This document shows, piece by piece, positions 1 to 12,632 of a stretch of 64,000 nucleotides of DNA. The stretch lies in NCBI RefSeq assembly GCF_964213995.1, contig NW_027590242.1:1-64000 (forward strand), read 5' to 3'. The notes below the pieces were generated by a model. The model had not been told where the DNA came from. It saw nothing but the letters and a program-made list of their open reading frames with translations, and did not search any database. A program made the position numbers and the translations under genes. This stretch comes from Mustelus asterias. Its lineage: Eukaryota. The stretch's first letter is position 1, and the number at the start of each line of letters is the position of its first letter.

Positions 1-293
1 AGAATGGGCATCTGGAATTAGAGACGGACCAGATGAGAAACCATACCCACGAATAAAACAGGAAACAATTAGTGCAAACAGTGGAGAAGCTAAACCCAAG
101 GGTGTGTGCTATAATTGTGGGAAACCGGGTGACTTTGCCAGAGGCTGTAGAGCTCCAAAGGGGGGGCAGTAGAAAAGGCCCGACCTGCCTGTTTTGCAAT
201 AAGGTTGGCCACACTGAGGCCACCTATTGGAGCAAGCACAGCAGACCGAGTTAACTGCTTCGCCTTCCCCTCACTGAGGAGGGAGGGTATTGA
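1..293 (+). pseudogene. gag: ERV gag 3' end (nucleocapsid) with two degenerate CCHC zinc knuckles
   Basis: CYNCGKPGDFARGC at 107-148 (H>D) and CLFCNKVGHTEATY from ~186 (last C>Y), separated by a frameshift in a G-run. TGA at 291-293 is in frame with the protease. Confidence 0.8.
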
Positions 294-3200
294 CGGGAGG
301 CAGCTCGCGCAAGCCTGGACAGAAAAGAGGGTAGAATCTACCTGTCTGCAGTAGTAAGGGGCAGGCAATGTGAAATGCTGGTGGACACGGGAGCCTCCAT
401 ATCTATCACTGATCTACCCTTGCCCACCACGAATAAAATGATCTATATAAGGGGTTTTAACGGACAGAAGACCCCTGCCTACTTAAGTGGAACCACTCTA
501 GTAGAAATTAATAACCTGTATATACCTATGCGATTTTATGTATGTTGATTTAATGAAGGAACTATTATGGGAAATGACCTAATGAAGGAATACAATGTCT
601 TAATAGATTGCGGGAAAGATGAATTGATTTGGCCCCGTGCCGATGGGAAAAAAGACAGGGTAGGAATATATGCAAACCGTTTAGGAACCATCCATGCATC
701 ATCTGCAACAGGACGCGACTGGCAGTTAGAAGGTATTGGATTTGGCGCCATCTGCACCTCCATCCCCGGTGTGTGGGCGGAATCGAAACTAGATACTGGA
801 TTAGTCAAAACTGACCCTATAATAGTGGTCGGGCCAGAACATAAACCACATCGACAATACCCGATTAAGCCCTCGGCCAAAAAGGCAGTCGAGGAAATTG
901 CGACGGGACTGGTAAAGAGAGGGATCCTGCGGGATACCACTAGTACCACCAGCTCCACAACTTGGCCGGTGCCTAAACTGGACAGGAGCTATAGATTAAC
1001 CATTGATTATACAGCTTTAAATAAACTGACCCCCAAGCTAAACCCCACCGTGGCTCGCCCCTTCACCATTTTAAACGGGTTGTCACCATCCCATGGAATC
1101 TTCACGGTATTGGATATGGCCAACGGGGTTTGGTCCATTCCCCTGGATCCTCATTCGCAAGAAACATTTGCATTTACCGTGGGCGATAAACAGTACACAT
1201 GGAATAGGCTCCCGCTAGGCTTCCACAACAGCCTGGCTATATTTAACCGGGTAATGAGTAATATATTAGAACAAGGAGAAGTCCCAAAAGGGAGCACAGT
1301 TTTGCAGTATGGAGATGATATCTTAATAGCCTCCGAAATTAGAGCAGAACATCAGACAGTGCTATACTCAGTCTTGAAACACATAGAAGAACAGGGACTA
1401 AAAGCGAGCCCCAGGAAGGCCCAAATAGGGAAAGCGCCGGTGTTATATTTGGGACACCTGATATCCCAGGGGAGCAAACAATGCCATTGGACAGGAAAAC
1501 AGCCATTCAGCAAATGCCAAGACCAGTAACCGTCCGAGGGGTAAGGAAGGTTTTGGGACTGTTTAATTACAGTCACAACTTTATAGCAGAATTCGCCAGG
1601 CTAGCCGAACCAATACAAAGGCTAGTAAAAGGGTGGAAACCCGCTCTAGAAGTTATAAAGTGGTGATCAGAACAGGAAGAGGCATATAGTAAACTAAAAG
1701 AAGAACTAATGACAGCTCCGGGACTTGGACTGCCCAACGCTAATAAAGATTTTCACATCTATTGTAATAACGAGGGGGGGGGGGGGGGTATTCGGCAGTA
1801 GTCACACAGGTCCATGGGGACAAACAGCGACCCGTCGGTTATTATTCCACAGTGGAGGGCTCCGTAGTAACCGGGTTACCCAGATATATAGCCGCACTAG
1901 ATTGCGCGGCATGGGCAGTAAAGGTCAGCGAGCCCATCGTCATGACGGGGAATATTGTCTTGCACACCAAACATACTTTGGTGGAAATGCTGAACACAGG
2001 AAAATTGCGGTCTGTCTCAAATATGAGAAGGGCAAAGGGGGAGGCAGTGCTTCTCCCACCCACTAAGTCCATCACCATTGTACGAGACATGAGAACGAAC
2101 CCCGCAGAAGGAATGTTAGGTGAAGGGAACGCACACACGTGTGGGGACGTAGCTGAAGAGGTAGAGGAAGGTAGAATAAAAGATGTGCCCCTGGAGGCAC
2201 CAGACAACGTCCTATTTGTCGATGGATCACGGAAATATGTAGATGGGTCACCACGAACAGGATGGGCGGTAGTGAATGCGGACCTACAAACTGTTCAAGC
2301 AGGAAGGATAGAGGGAGGCATGTCAGCGCAAGTAGCGGAACTTGTAGCCTTGACTCAGGCTTTTACAGAGGCTGCGGGGAAAAGGTCAACATTCACACCG
2401 ATAGTAGATATGCATTTGGAATTATACACGACTATATGACAGTTTGGGGGAGAAGGGGATTTATCACAACGGGGGGCACTCCAATTAAACATGGCCAGAT
2501 AATAGCAACCTTATTGGGAGTCAGCGAGCTCCCATCGGAAGCCGCAGTATTGAAGGTAAAAGCAGACCACAAGAAACCGGACAAGCAAAGTCCTGAGTGG
2601 TAAATCTTTAAGGGAAACCCGGCAGCCGACTAAGTGGTACGATCTGCCTTGGAAACAAGGGAAGTGCAGGCCTTGCCGGCCGCCTCGACTAAAATCGAAA
2701 CCCCGATAAACATCTCACAGCTACATGCTGATACCCCTGAAGAAGAACGTGTGAGGTGGAAAGCTCAAGGAGCTACACATGATGGGGATGGTGCTGGGGG
2801 GGGGGGGGGGGCGGTGATATGGAGATTAAATGATAAAGTCCTAGCGCCAGAATGTATCCAGCATTCTCTGATGCGGTTTCATCATGGGCTGTCACGTGTG
2901 GGAAGTCATGCCATGATGGCCAGTGTGGGGAAGGAATGGTGATGGAAAGGAATGGGACGGGACGTTGCCCGATATTGTCACTGGTGCATAACCTGTCCAC
3001 AGTACAACCCCGGAAGACCCGTGCAAATCAAGAGGTGGCACCAGCCTCGCCCTAAGGGAACCTGGGAACACCTGCAAATTGACTTTACACGACCTCTTCC
3101 GCAGTCACACGGGAGAACCTACTGCTTGGTAATAATTGACTAATTTACCAGGTGGGTAGAAGCATTCCCAAGGAAAAATTTTGCTGCCACTACAATGGCC

Positions 3201-3299
3201 AGAATACTCGCTGAGGAAGTTATCCCAAGATGGGGGTGCTTTTGCACATAGACACCGAACAAGGCACGCACTTTACGGGGAAGGTTGTAAAGACCATTC

Positions 3300-3393
3300 C
3301 TAAATGGAACAAAGAACAAAGAACAATACAGCACAGGAACAGGCCCTTCGGCCCTCCAAGCCTGCGCCGCTCATGTGCCCACTAGACCATTCT
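3300..3393 (-). mobile_element. CR1/HER1-type LINE 3'-end fragment inserted in the integrase
   Basis: Reverse complement of the tail ...ggccgaagggcctgttcctgtgctgtattg(ttctttg)n, flanked by a repeated AGACCATTC. Confidence 0.8.
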
Positions 3394-3452
3394 GATGACC
3401 AAACTGATGGGGATAAGTCAGAAATTTCACATACGCTACCACCCTCAAAGCA

Positions 3453-3600
3453 GAGAACAAAGAACAAAGAACAACGAACAATACAGCACAGGAACAGGCC
3501 CTTCGGCCCTCCAAGCCCGCGCCGCTCCCCGGTCCAGGATTGAATCCTGAATCCAAGATCCCCGCCCAATTTTCCAGCCTATCTTCATACCAATATCCAC
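3453..3600 (-). mobile_element. Second CR1/HER1-type LINE 3'-end fragment inserted in the integrase
   Basis: Same tail motif but a different upstream sequence, flanked by CAGAG. Removing it restores PQSRGRVERMN. Confidence 0.8.
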
Positions 3601-6600
3601 CAGAGGACGGGTGGAACGTATGAATACGACACTTAAGACCTCCTTGGCAAAGTCCATGCAGGTATCAGGACAGAGATGGACAGAAGTATTACCCGCCATA
3701 TTAATGAAACTCAGGGCCACCACAAATCGGACCACTGGGCTGACACCATATGAGCTAATGACCGGAAGGGCTATGCAACTGCCAGAGTCCATCATTACCG
3801 GAGGGGCAGTTGTGGGCCCATTAAGGGACAGGATTAGACGATATGTATTAGAATTAACCTCCCAATTAAAAGATATACAGCAAACAGTACGGGACAAACA
3901 AATAGCGGTAGATGAGTACAATGAACTAAACAGATCCCGGAGATTCCACCGGCGGGCAGCAAGGTTATGGTAAAAACATTACCTGGAAAACCAGGATTCG
4001 CCGCCAAATGGAAAGGCCCCGATGAGGTTATCATCAGTGGAGACATCTGTGCCTGCATAGATATGCAAGGCAGGGGTGTCTGGAAACACTGGACCCAGTT
4101 GAAAGAATACACTGGTACCAATCAGAAAATATGTAATGTGCAACAAAACAGTTAAGAGGGTGAAGAATACACACAGAAGAGGGATCAATGTATGTGCTAA
4201 TGAGGGAAACCCTAAGACTTGGGAAAGGTTGAATTGGGAATGTGAGAGGTATGAGAAAGAGAAAAGAGATAGAGCAGAACAGGAAAGACTGCAAAGGAAA
4301 GATGAGACCAAGACAAAAGGATTAGTACGGCAAGCCGAACAAAGGAAAGATATAGAGGTATCTGGCTTGCCAATGTTGTTCCAAAATACCGATACGGGTG
4401 AACAGGAGTGGTGGAATCGACCCAGTGTAGATAATAACTAGAAATCTAAGGTTGCCATCATTGCCCCGATAAATATGACAGACACCAGCGCCGGTGCCGC
4501 TGCAAAGACAGAAGGAACTCAAATCAGGCTCACTTGGTTAGTTTGAAGCGTGATAGTAAAGGGTTAAACACCAGCAGGCTGTAGGTTTCTCTCCCTCTCT
4601 CTCTTGACAAACGAAAAGAGAGAGAGGTGAAAGTGTGCGATCGAGAGCCTCATGTGATGGAATAGGGTATAGCAGATCAAAGTTGAAATTTTACGATAGT
4701 GCATCGGACAGAGATTTGGGGAATGCAGGAAAAATAGCATTAAATTACATCTGAAGAGCCGTCAGGAGAGTTAACCATTGAAGCACACAGTAGATTCGAT
4801 CTTGTATCTGCCTGTGTTGATTACAAAGGCAGAGCTGTAGAAATAATTAATTATGCACCTTTTGAGCTTAGACCGGACAGTCTGTAAGACAGTGTAAATG
4901 TCTTAATTTAGTAGGGATATTTAAAAGTGATAAAAATAAGTGGATTATTTGGATTAGGTTTTTGTTAAATTTGAAAATATATTCTGATAGAACTGAAACT
5001 GAAAAGATAAATGGAAAGAATCATTCTGCGTATCTGAAGTGATGATTAATCACTTGTTAATGTTCAGCTGAGTGAATTTACCCCTCCGCCTCGCTGCTGA
5101 AACAAGCAGAGAACTAATCCATCCTGTCCTAGACAGGATGGGTCTTCGTGTTATAAGACTTGCAGTAATTTTAAGATGTAGAGTCAAAATTTAACAGAGA
5201 AGGGAGTTACATAAGGTCGAATGGGAGTGTGTGTGTAATGCTGGGAGTTATTATACTGCCATAATGCATTCTAATTAAAATGTGTTACATGGATCAGCCA
5301 TGAAACTGAATTAAATGCCAGACGGGCTAAAAGGGAGTGCCCGCCTATAATAGCAAATTGACAAATCAATATAATTAGAGAGGAGGGAAATAATGCAGTG
5401 GAACAAATGAAATAATAAATGGCTGGGGAAGTGTTCGTTACAAACTGTTAGAGATTAAAGTGATACGATTTCTTGAATTTACTTCCGTTTTGAGTTTAAT
5501 TACAGTGTGGAAGACAGCAGAATAAAACCGACTATTAATCAACGTTCTGCATTCTCAAGCGTTTTACTTTCATCCCAGTTTAAGATGTTAAGTCTGAATA
5601 AATGTTGGAAGCTTCCATGTATATCTGTCTTTAACAAAGTGGTTGCGTGAACGTTTTGTTGTTGTTCGCTTCACTGTTTTAATGTTAAGAAAGGAGTTAG
5701 ACCTTGGAAGGACCATGTGCTCTTTCTTTGTCTTGAAGTTGAAAGTATACGAATATAGTCGAGAAGTTAAAAATAAGTAATTTTCTGAAAAAAAAACAGA
5801 AAAGCAGGAACAAAAGAATGAGGTGAAAATACTGTCTATGAGTCAGTTTAAAGTCTATCAAATTAGTGAATCGTAGTTCTGATTACTCCAAGTTACAGCA
5901 GAGATTAATCAGTTAAAACCTCAGTTGTTAATCCAGATACAGATATTGTCCTTGAGTATTTTTAATCTGCATTCGTTGCTAACCATCAAACGCCATGAAT
6001 TGTTGGAACTTGTGTTGCCAGTTAGTTCTCAATACATGATAATAATATGAAATTCAAGGCTTGTATGATGTTCAAATTATATACTGCCGTTGGGATTGCA
6101 TATTGTTTCATGTTTTAGCACCTAGACAGCAAGGAATCATACCAAACATTTCTAATCAAGTAAGTATTGTCATTGTTATATGTATTGTGTTTGTTATTGT
6201 TCTAAAAATGCAGGGATTCTGATCTGGAGCAGTTTAAAAATGGACACAGCTTAAATTAAGAGGGTTTGGATGTATCAAATCCAGAAGAGCCTTAACCAAT
6301 TTTATATATTGATATATATTGTGTATTGACAAAACATAATTCTGTAGGAGAAAAGGCTATTTATTCCAAACATCTAGCCATTCTTCGCCATAATTTGTAA
6401 TAAATTGCACAATTAACATTAATATGACAGGAAGTGAAACTGGATTACTTGAGAGAGAGAGATAAAGAGTTGGAGACTGGCTTTGCAACCAGACTCAAAA
6501 ATCTTGCAGCATTCGACTGAACACAACAGATAGCTCATTCGGTTTTCTGTGTTTTTAAAGAGCTGTGTCTGGCAGCATACACATCTGTGACCACGAAACA

Positions 6601-6880
6601 CTTGTTTAACTTATGAGACAATCTGTCTATAGAAGGATCATTTCTGCTTACACATCGCACTTTCAAATGTGGGCAAACAAATGATCAAATTAGATATAAT
6701 GTAAGAATGCATCATATAAAGATCGGAGCTGTATGGCATGTGATTGTAATGAGGAAAGCGATGTCTGTTGATAGGATTATATCCAAATGAATGGATGTAC
6801 AAAGTGTTATTTGATTTACACTGAGCTTTCTATGCAAGGAGGGGAGGGGGTATGTCGTTAAATGAATAATACACTGGCTT

Positions 6881-7345
6881 TTGTGGCCAAATTTATTGCC
6901 CACCATACTAATGAGATTAAGGGCTACCACAAGCCGAACAACCGGATTAACCCCTTATGAGCTAATAACAGGACAGGTGATGCAATTACCAGACAGCATC
7001 ATAACAGGTGGGACCGATGTAGGTCCACTGAAAGATAAAATCAGGAGATATGTTTTGGAACGAAGCATCCAACTAAAAGGGATGCGGAAATTGGTAAAAG
7101 ACAATCATGAAATAACAGACGGAGAGAGAGCTTGAAATGTTCCCTGACGTCCCAACAGCGGGACGTCTTAGTGAAAACACTACCTGACAAATCAGGGTTT
7201 GTACTGAAATGGGATGAGCCGTATGAAGTTATAATTAGTGGAGATACCTGTGCCTGTATAGACATCAGAGGGAAAAGTATATGGCAATATTAAGCATTTA
7301 ACTCAGTTGAAAGAATATGCTGAAACTAATTGGGAAAATATGTGA
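6881..7345 (+). pseudogene. Second, diverged copy of the ERV integrase C-terminal region
   Basis: WPNLLPTILMRLRATTSRTTGLTPYELITGQVMQLPDSIITGG..GPLKDKIRRYVLE and VKTLPDKSGFVLKWDEPYEVIISGDTCACID align to 3677-4135. Confidence 0.9.
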
Positions 7346-7482
7346 TATACTCCCATTGCAGGAATGTACAGACAACGACTGACCTTTAAGCAAGCTGAAC
7401 GGGTTTGCGGACAGTTGCGCGCGGGCGGTATAGCCTTTGGACCATTGTATAACGGTCGCGCGGGTTATTAGTAAGAGATAAG

Positions 7483-8952
7483 ATGCTTTTCATGCTGCTT
7501 CTCACGACCCTGGCCCTGTTAGCCAGAGCGGGAAAGTATAGATGGGAATATGAGAATTTAGGGATGGGACACAGTGAACATCTCTGTAATGATGACTCTG
7601 TCTATTGTATGAACACCTTTAGTGTATATGTCTTATCTGTATGCATCACAATCGGATCTGAGCAAGTGCTGGGTCTGTTCACACATTCCCACGCACGGAG
7701 GAAAGGGAGGAATTCCTTTACTCCCTATCCCTTTATCAGCTCCAGAAGTAATTGATGGGTTTTAAATCAGAATGGAATCCAGAAAGGGACAAGGAAACTG
7801 ACATTCAAAACCCCATTGGGTACCACGATGCAGGGTACGTTTAATATTAGCAACAGTGATGTTGTGTTAAAGTTAGGGTGCGGAGGGTGCACTTGACCGA
7901 CCTTTAAGAAACATTACCAGCCCAGCTATGACAGATCAGGTTCCCCACGCTACTTCGTTGTGAAAAATAAACAAAGGGGATCTATCAGCCTGATAAGAAA
8001 TGGAACCATACCTGTTGGCCGTAGCTACTGTATACAGCAGATTGATATCACTAATGACGCTTGGGCCATGGTACAGGTCCCAATCCAGTGCCCCAAAGTC
8101 ACCGTCCCGGTTAGCCTCTCCACCGCTTATGTAAGGGCGATGACTGCATATAATGTTACCTATTTTATCTGTGGAAGCAATGCCTATCCATGGCTTCCCT
8201 GGAATTGGGCAGGATCGTGTTATTTGGCATATGTGGTGCCTTATATTCACCATTACACTGACTGACGGGACCACCCCGAGATACACCTGCTTAGGGCTAA
8301 GCGAGCCATTCGTGAGACAGAACGGTTCTTCATGATAGTCTACCCACTTTATGGGACAGCAAGGCAGCACAAGAACTTATACGGTTGGCCTCGACCCCAG
8401 AGAGAATTGCGAATGAGACTAAGGACGGGTTCGAGGAGGTGAGCACGGCCATCTCTGAGATATCAGCAGAGGTCGTAGCTATTCGGACTGTGGCGTTACA
8501 GAACCGATTGGCACTCGATTATGCGCTCGCCTCCCAGGGAGGAACATATGCCACAGTTGGCTCGGAATGCTGTATGTATATTCCCGACGCTTCGGAGAAT
8601 ATATCTCGCTGAGCAGATCACATTAAACACGTGGCAAAAACAATACAGGATGAGGGAACCAGTATCACAATTATAACGCTCCGGGATGGTTGGGGCAATG
8701 GTTTGGGTCGTGGGGTGCATACCTGATGCATGGATTATTGTATTAATTGTGATTGTAATTGCTTGCTGTGTTTGTATGGCATTATTGAACACCTGCTGTA
8801 AAACGGCAACAGCCCGAATTATAATTCTTATTATAATTATACATTCTACAGGCAGAGGGGGCAGACCTCCTGACCAAGGAGCTGGGCCCATATGCTGGTC
8901 ACCTTTGGTTCTGAATTGGTCATGGGGCCTGTGTGGACCACCTGGCACCTGA
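7483..8952 (+). pseudogene. env: ERV env (SU-TM, gamma-type), disrupted
   Basis: Signal peptide MLFMLLLTTLALLARA. SU motif YFICGSNAYPWLPWNWAGSCYLAYVVP. Furin site RAKR at ~8294-8305. Immunosuppressive domain LQNRLALDYALASQGG, degenerate CX6CC (YATVGSECC) and TM anchor WIIVLIVIVIACCVC. Confidence 0.92.
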
Positions 8953-8954
8953 CC

Positions 8955-8968
8955 AAAAGCGGGGGAAG
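8955..8968 (+). other. Polypurine tract
   Basis: AAAAGCGGGGGAAG immediately before the TG that starts the LTR. Confidence 0.75.
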
Positions 8969-9643
8969 TGAAGACGGGAATGGGTTAATGAATTCTAATA
9001 CTCAAAGTGTCAAAGTGAATTCTGTGCTATTGAGAGATTGTGTGAGATACACTGTAGAACTCATGTTTACGTTAGGGTGTTTTCATGCTCATGTATCCAA
9101 GAACAGATAAGGGTAGCAGCTGTGGTATACAAGAATATGTTGTGCTCGGCTAATCTGTTCCGGAATGTGGATAACCCAGCCTAATATGTACCGCTGTGTA
9201 ACAGTAGAAGCCGAAATGTAGGCCTTCTGTCATTGCATAATGATACATTCATATATATTCATCATAACCTGCACCGATATACATTATACAAGCACCTACG
9301 AACATATATAAATTGTTGCATGCCCGTTAACTTGTTTGTGCGAGACTTTAACCTTTACGTTCGTAAGATACCCCACCTGTGTTCAGAGAACGGCCTTGAG
9401 ACAACCGCGAAGAAACCGCCAAGGCAGCACGGTTCACACGATGGAAGACAAGCCACAGCCTGGGAACCTGTGAGGCCTGGGAAATTGCGGACCTGAAAGG
9501 GAGGGTATAAATATATGTTTTTAACCTGTATTTGCTGAAAAGTCTGAGGCCATGTTAGGCATCGGACGGTCTCCCACAATTGTGCAAATAAACCACTGTA
9601 TTTTGATCGACGAATTGACTCAGAGTTATTTTTACCTACAACA
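8969..9643 (+). repeat. ERV 3' LTR (~675 bp)
   Basis: Starts TG after the PPT, has TATAAA at ~9506 and AATAAA at 9587, and ends CTACAACA. Sequence from 9644 matches the host tRNA-Ile repeat unit (reverse complement of ~22100-22190), which fixes the boundary. Confidence 0.8.
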
Positions 9644-9964
9644 GGGTATAATCTATGTATTTTTTGCTGAGCGTGTGTTCGGTGTATTGGGAGGTTTGAA
9701 TTGGGTTGATTCTTGTGTCCCAGGGATGGGCAGCAACTCGCTGATTGAAGCTGCAGGCGCCATTTTCTGCTGGTAACGATTGGGTGATTGGAGAATGCGG
9801 ACTGATATCCTGCTGCTTCTGCCTGTCTCACTCTCTGTGGAGACGTGGAAGAGCGAATCATTGATGGTTTGATTCCCACACTGAAATGTGACTTTGCGTG
9901 ACTGTTAACGGAGATGAAACTGCTGAAGCCATTAATAACCGGAGGCAAATCAGTCGAAAACAGT

Positions 9965-10058
9965 GCTCCAGTGGCGCAACCGTTAGCTCGCGGAACTTTT
10001 TCAGCAGTGAAGTCAGCGGGTTATTCCGAGGTTGTGAGTTCGAGTCTCCCCGGACGCA
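9965..10058 (+). pseudogene. tRNA-Ile(TAT)-derived pseudogene with intron
   Basis: GCTCCAGTGGCGCAACCGTTAG...CCGAGGTTGTGAGTTCGAG. Anticodon and acceptor stem are degraded. Confidence 0.8.
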
Positions 10059-11039
10059 GATGCTTCAGGTGAGATAATGGCCCAGTGGTATTATTCTGGG
10101 GACCGCAACGACAGCTGGTGGAAGTTAAATAAAATAAAGAAGGTTGGAATTAATAATCCACTGATGACCATGCAACCACTGTCCCTTGTTGGAAAAGCAC
10201 GATTCACTAATGCCCATTAGTGGAGTGAATTTGCTGGTCTGGCCTACACGTGACTCCAGAGCCACAGCAAAGTTTCTTCTCAACAAGTGACGGACGATCA
10301 ATACTGGTCAATAACTCTTATGTCCCACGAACGAACGAAAGAAGGAGCCGGAATGTGCATGTTTGAGATGAGCTTTCTGAACCGTCAGAGCTGGAAACGG
10401 GTCTGAGTTACAAATATTGGGTTTGAGTGGACACAGAACATCAGAGGGATGGGGAAATGTAACATTAGGTGTAAAATACTGCATTCAGTTAATTTTCAAC
10501 AATAAATGATTGATCCACATTCTGAGTTTAAAACAACGTACAGATGCATCTGCAGTCGCGAATTTCTGCTGGCAGCGGGTGATTGGAGAATGCGGGGTAA
10601 AATCGTGCTCTTGTCCCTGTCCCACTGTGGAACCGGAGAAGAGAACATCTTTGTTGGGCGTATTTCCTCGTCTGAAATGGGGCTTCCTGTGACTGTTATT
10701 AACTGAGGTGTTGCTGCAGGAGCCTTTAATAAACCGACACAAATCAACTGCAATCAGCCGGAATGTGCAGGTTTGAGGGAAACTTTCTGAATCGTCAGAG
10801 CTGGAAACGAGTCAGTGAAAAACGTTGTGTCAGTTTGAGTGTGTGCAGAACTGTGAAGGGGAAGGGTAAATGTAACACAGTGTAAGATCAAGTATTCAGT
10901 TAATATTCAAAAATAAACGTGAATTATTGTTCTTTTCCTCACTCTGAGGTTAAAAGTATGCACACATGTTTCTGCCCGCATTCGAAACGGGAAACTTTCA
11001 TTTGGTGAATGTGATAATCACTGCACTACAGAAACAATG

Positions 11040-12632
11040 CGTTCCCTCCACCTAGAAGCCTTGGATGAACCTGTATCTGAGGTCACCATTGCAGATGTCA
11101 GAGTAGCTTTCTCGACGGTCAACCCACGGAAAGCGACTGGCCCTGATGGGGATCCCGGACGAGCACTCAGATCCTGCGCGAATCAGCTTGAACCGGGATT
11201 GATCTTTGGGGGTATTCTCAGGCATCTTCAACCTCTTTGTACAGCAATCTGAAGTCCCTATCTGCCACAAGAAGACAACCATCATCCCGATACCTAAGAA
11301 AAACCAAGCAGCGTGCCTCAATGATTATCGTCCAGTGGCTCCGACATCCATCATTTTGAAGTGTTCAGAAGGGCTAGTCGTGGCAGGAATCAATTCCAGC
11401 CTCCCGGACTACCTGGATCCACTACAGTTTGCCTACCGCCGCAACAGGTACACAGCAGACGGCATCTCTCTGGTCCTGGAACACCTGGATAACAAAGACA
11501 GCTATGTCAGACTCCTATTTATTGACTGCAGCTCAGCCTTCAACACCATTATTCCCACGAAACACTTCTCCAGACTCCGTGGCCTGGGCCTCGGCTCCTC
11601 CTCTGCAACTGGATCCTGAACTTCCTAACGCACAGGCCACAATCTGTAAAGCTGGGCAACAACACCACCTCCATAATCATCCTCAACACCGGTGCCCAAC
11701 AAGGCTGTGTTCTCTGCCCCTCACTATACTTCTTATACACCGATGACTGTGTGGATAACTTCCCCTCCAACTCGATTTTCAAGTTTGCTGACGGCACCAC
11801 CACAATGGGCTGGATCTCAAACAATGACGCGACAGAGTACAGGAATGTGATAGATAATCTGGTGAACTGGTGCGGTGACAATAATCTCTCCCTCAATGTT
11901 TACAAAATGAAGGCGATTGTCATCGACTTCAGGAAGCGTAGAGGAGAACATGCCCCTGTCTACATGAATGGGGATGAAATAGAAAAGTGTCGAGAGCTTC
12001 AAGTTTCTAGGTGTCTCGGTCATAAACAAACTGTCCTGTTCCTTCCATGCTGACACTGCAGTTACGAAATACGCGCCTTTACTTTCTCAGAAGACTAAGG
12101 AAATTTGGCATGTCAGCTACAACTCTCACCAACGTTTAGAGATGCACCATAGAAAGCATTATTTCGGATTGTATCACAGCTTGGTATGGCTCCTGCTCTG
12201 CCCAAGACCGCAAGAACCTGCAAAAGTTTTTGAATGTAGCCAGTCCATGACGCAAACCAGCCTCCCATCCATTGACTCTGTTTACGCTTCCTGCTACCTT
12301 GGCAAAGCAGACAGCATAACTAAGGACCACAGGCATCCCGGACATTCGCTCTTCCACCTTCTTCCGTCGTGAATAAGATACAAAAGTCTGAGGTCACGTA
12401 CCAACTGACTCAAGAACAGCTTCTTCCCTGCTGCTGTCAGATTTGTGAATGGACTGAACTTGCATTAAGTTGATCTTTCTCTACACCCTTGCTATGACTA
12501 TAATACTACAATCTGCACACTCTTGCTTCCTTCTCTATGAACGGTTTGCTTTGTCTGTATAGTGCGAAAGGAACAATACTTTTCACTGCATGCTATTACA
12601 AGTGACAATAATAATCATACCAAATCAAATCA
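11040..12632 (+). mobile_element. 5'-truncated Rex1/Babar-clade LINE (RT), frameshifted
   Basis: LNDYRPVA, LDPLQFAYRRNR, YVRLLFIDCSSAFNTI, TGAQQGCVL, IFKFADGTT. The 3' end has (CAAAT)n. Confidence 0.85.

Larger units (their letters stand above)
294..4155 (+). pseudogene. pol: ERV pro-pol (aspartic protease, RT, RNase H, integrase), disrupted
   Basis: Protease MLVDTGASIS at 375. RT motifs YRLTIDY, VLDMANGVWSIPL, LPLGFHNS and QYGDDIL in ORF 567-1529. RNase H LFVDGS/SAQVAELVAL/NIHTDSRYAFG at ~2200-2600. Integrase HH..CxxC, WEHLQIDF, RWVEAFP, HPQS-GRVERMN, TGLTPYEL. Confidence 0.95.
1..9643 (+). mobile_element. Decayed endogenous retrovirus (class I, gamma/epsilon-type Env); 5' end lies outside the window
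   Basis: Ordered gag-NC, protease, RT, RNase H, integrase, env, PPT and LTR motifs on the + strand, with many stops and frameshifts. Confidence 0.95.

Noticed and set aside
1774-2811. Long G homopolymers in pol as programmed frameshift sites
   Set aside because: They are more simply explained by slippage expansion or sequencing error in a dead element.
7351-8950. Possible doubly spliced ERV accessory transcript (acceptor 7360, 35-codon ORF from 7364, donor 7471, acceptor 8851)
   Set aside because: Joining the exons creates an immediate TAG, and the element is too decayed to support a product.
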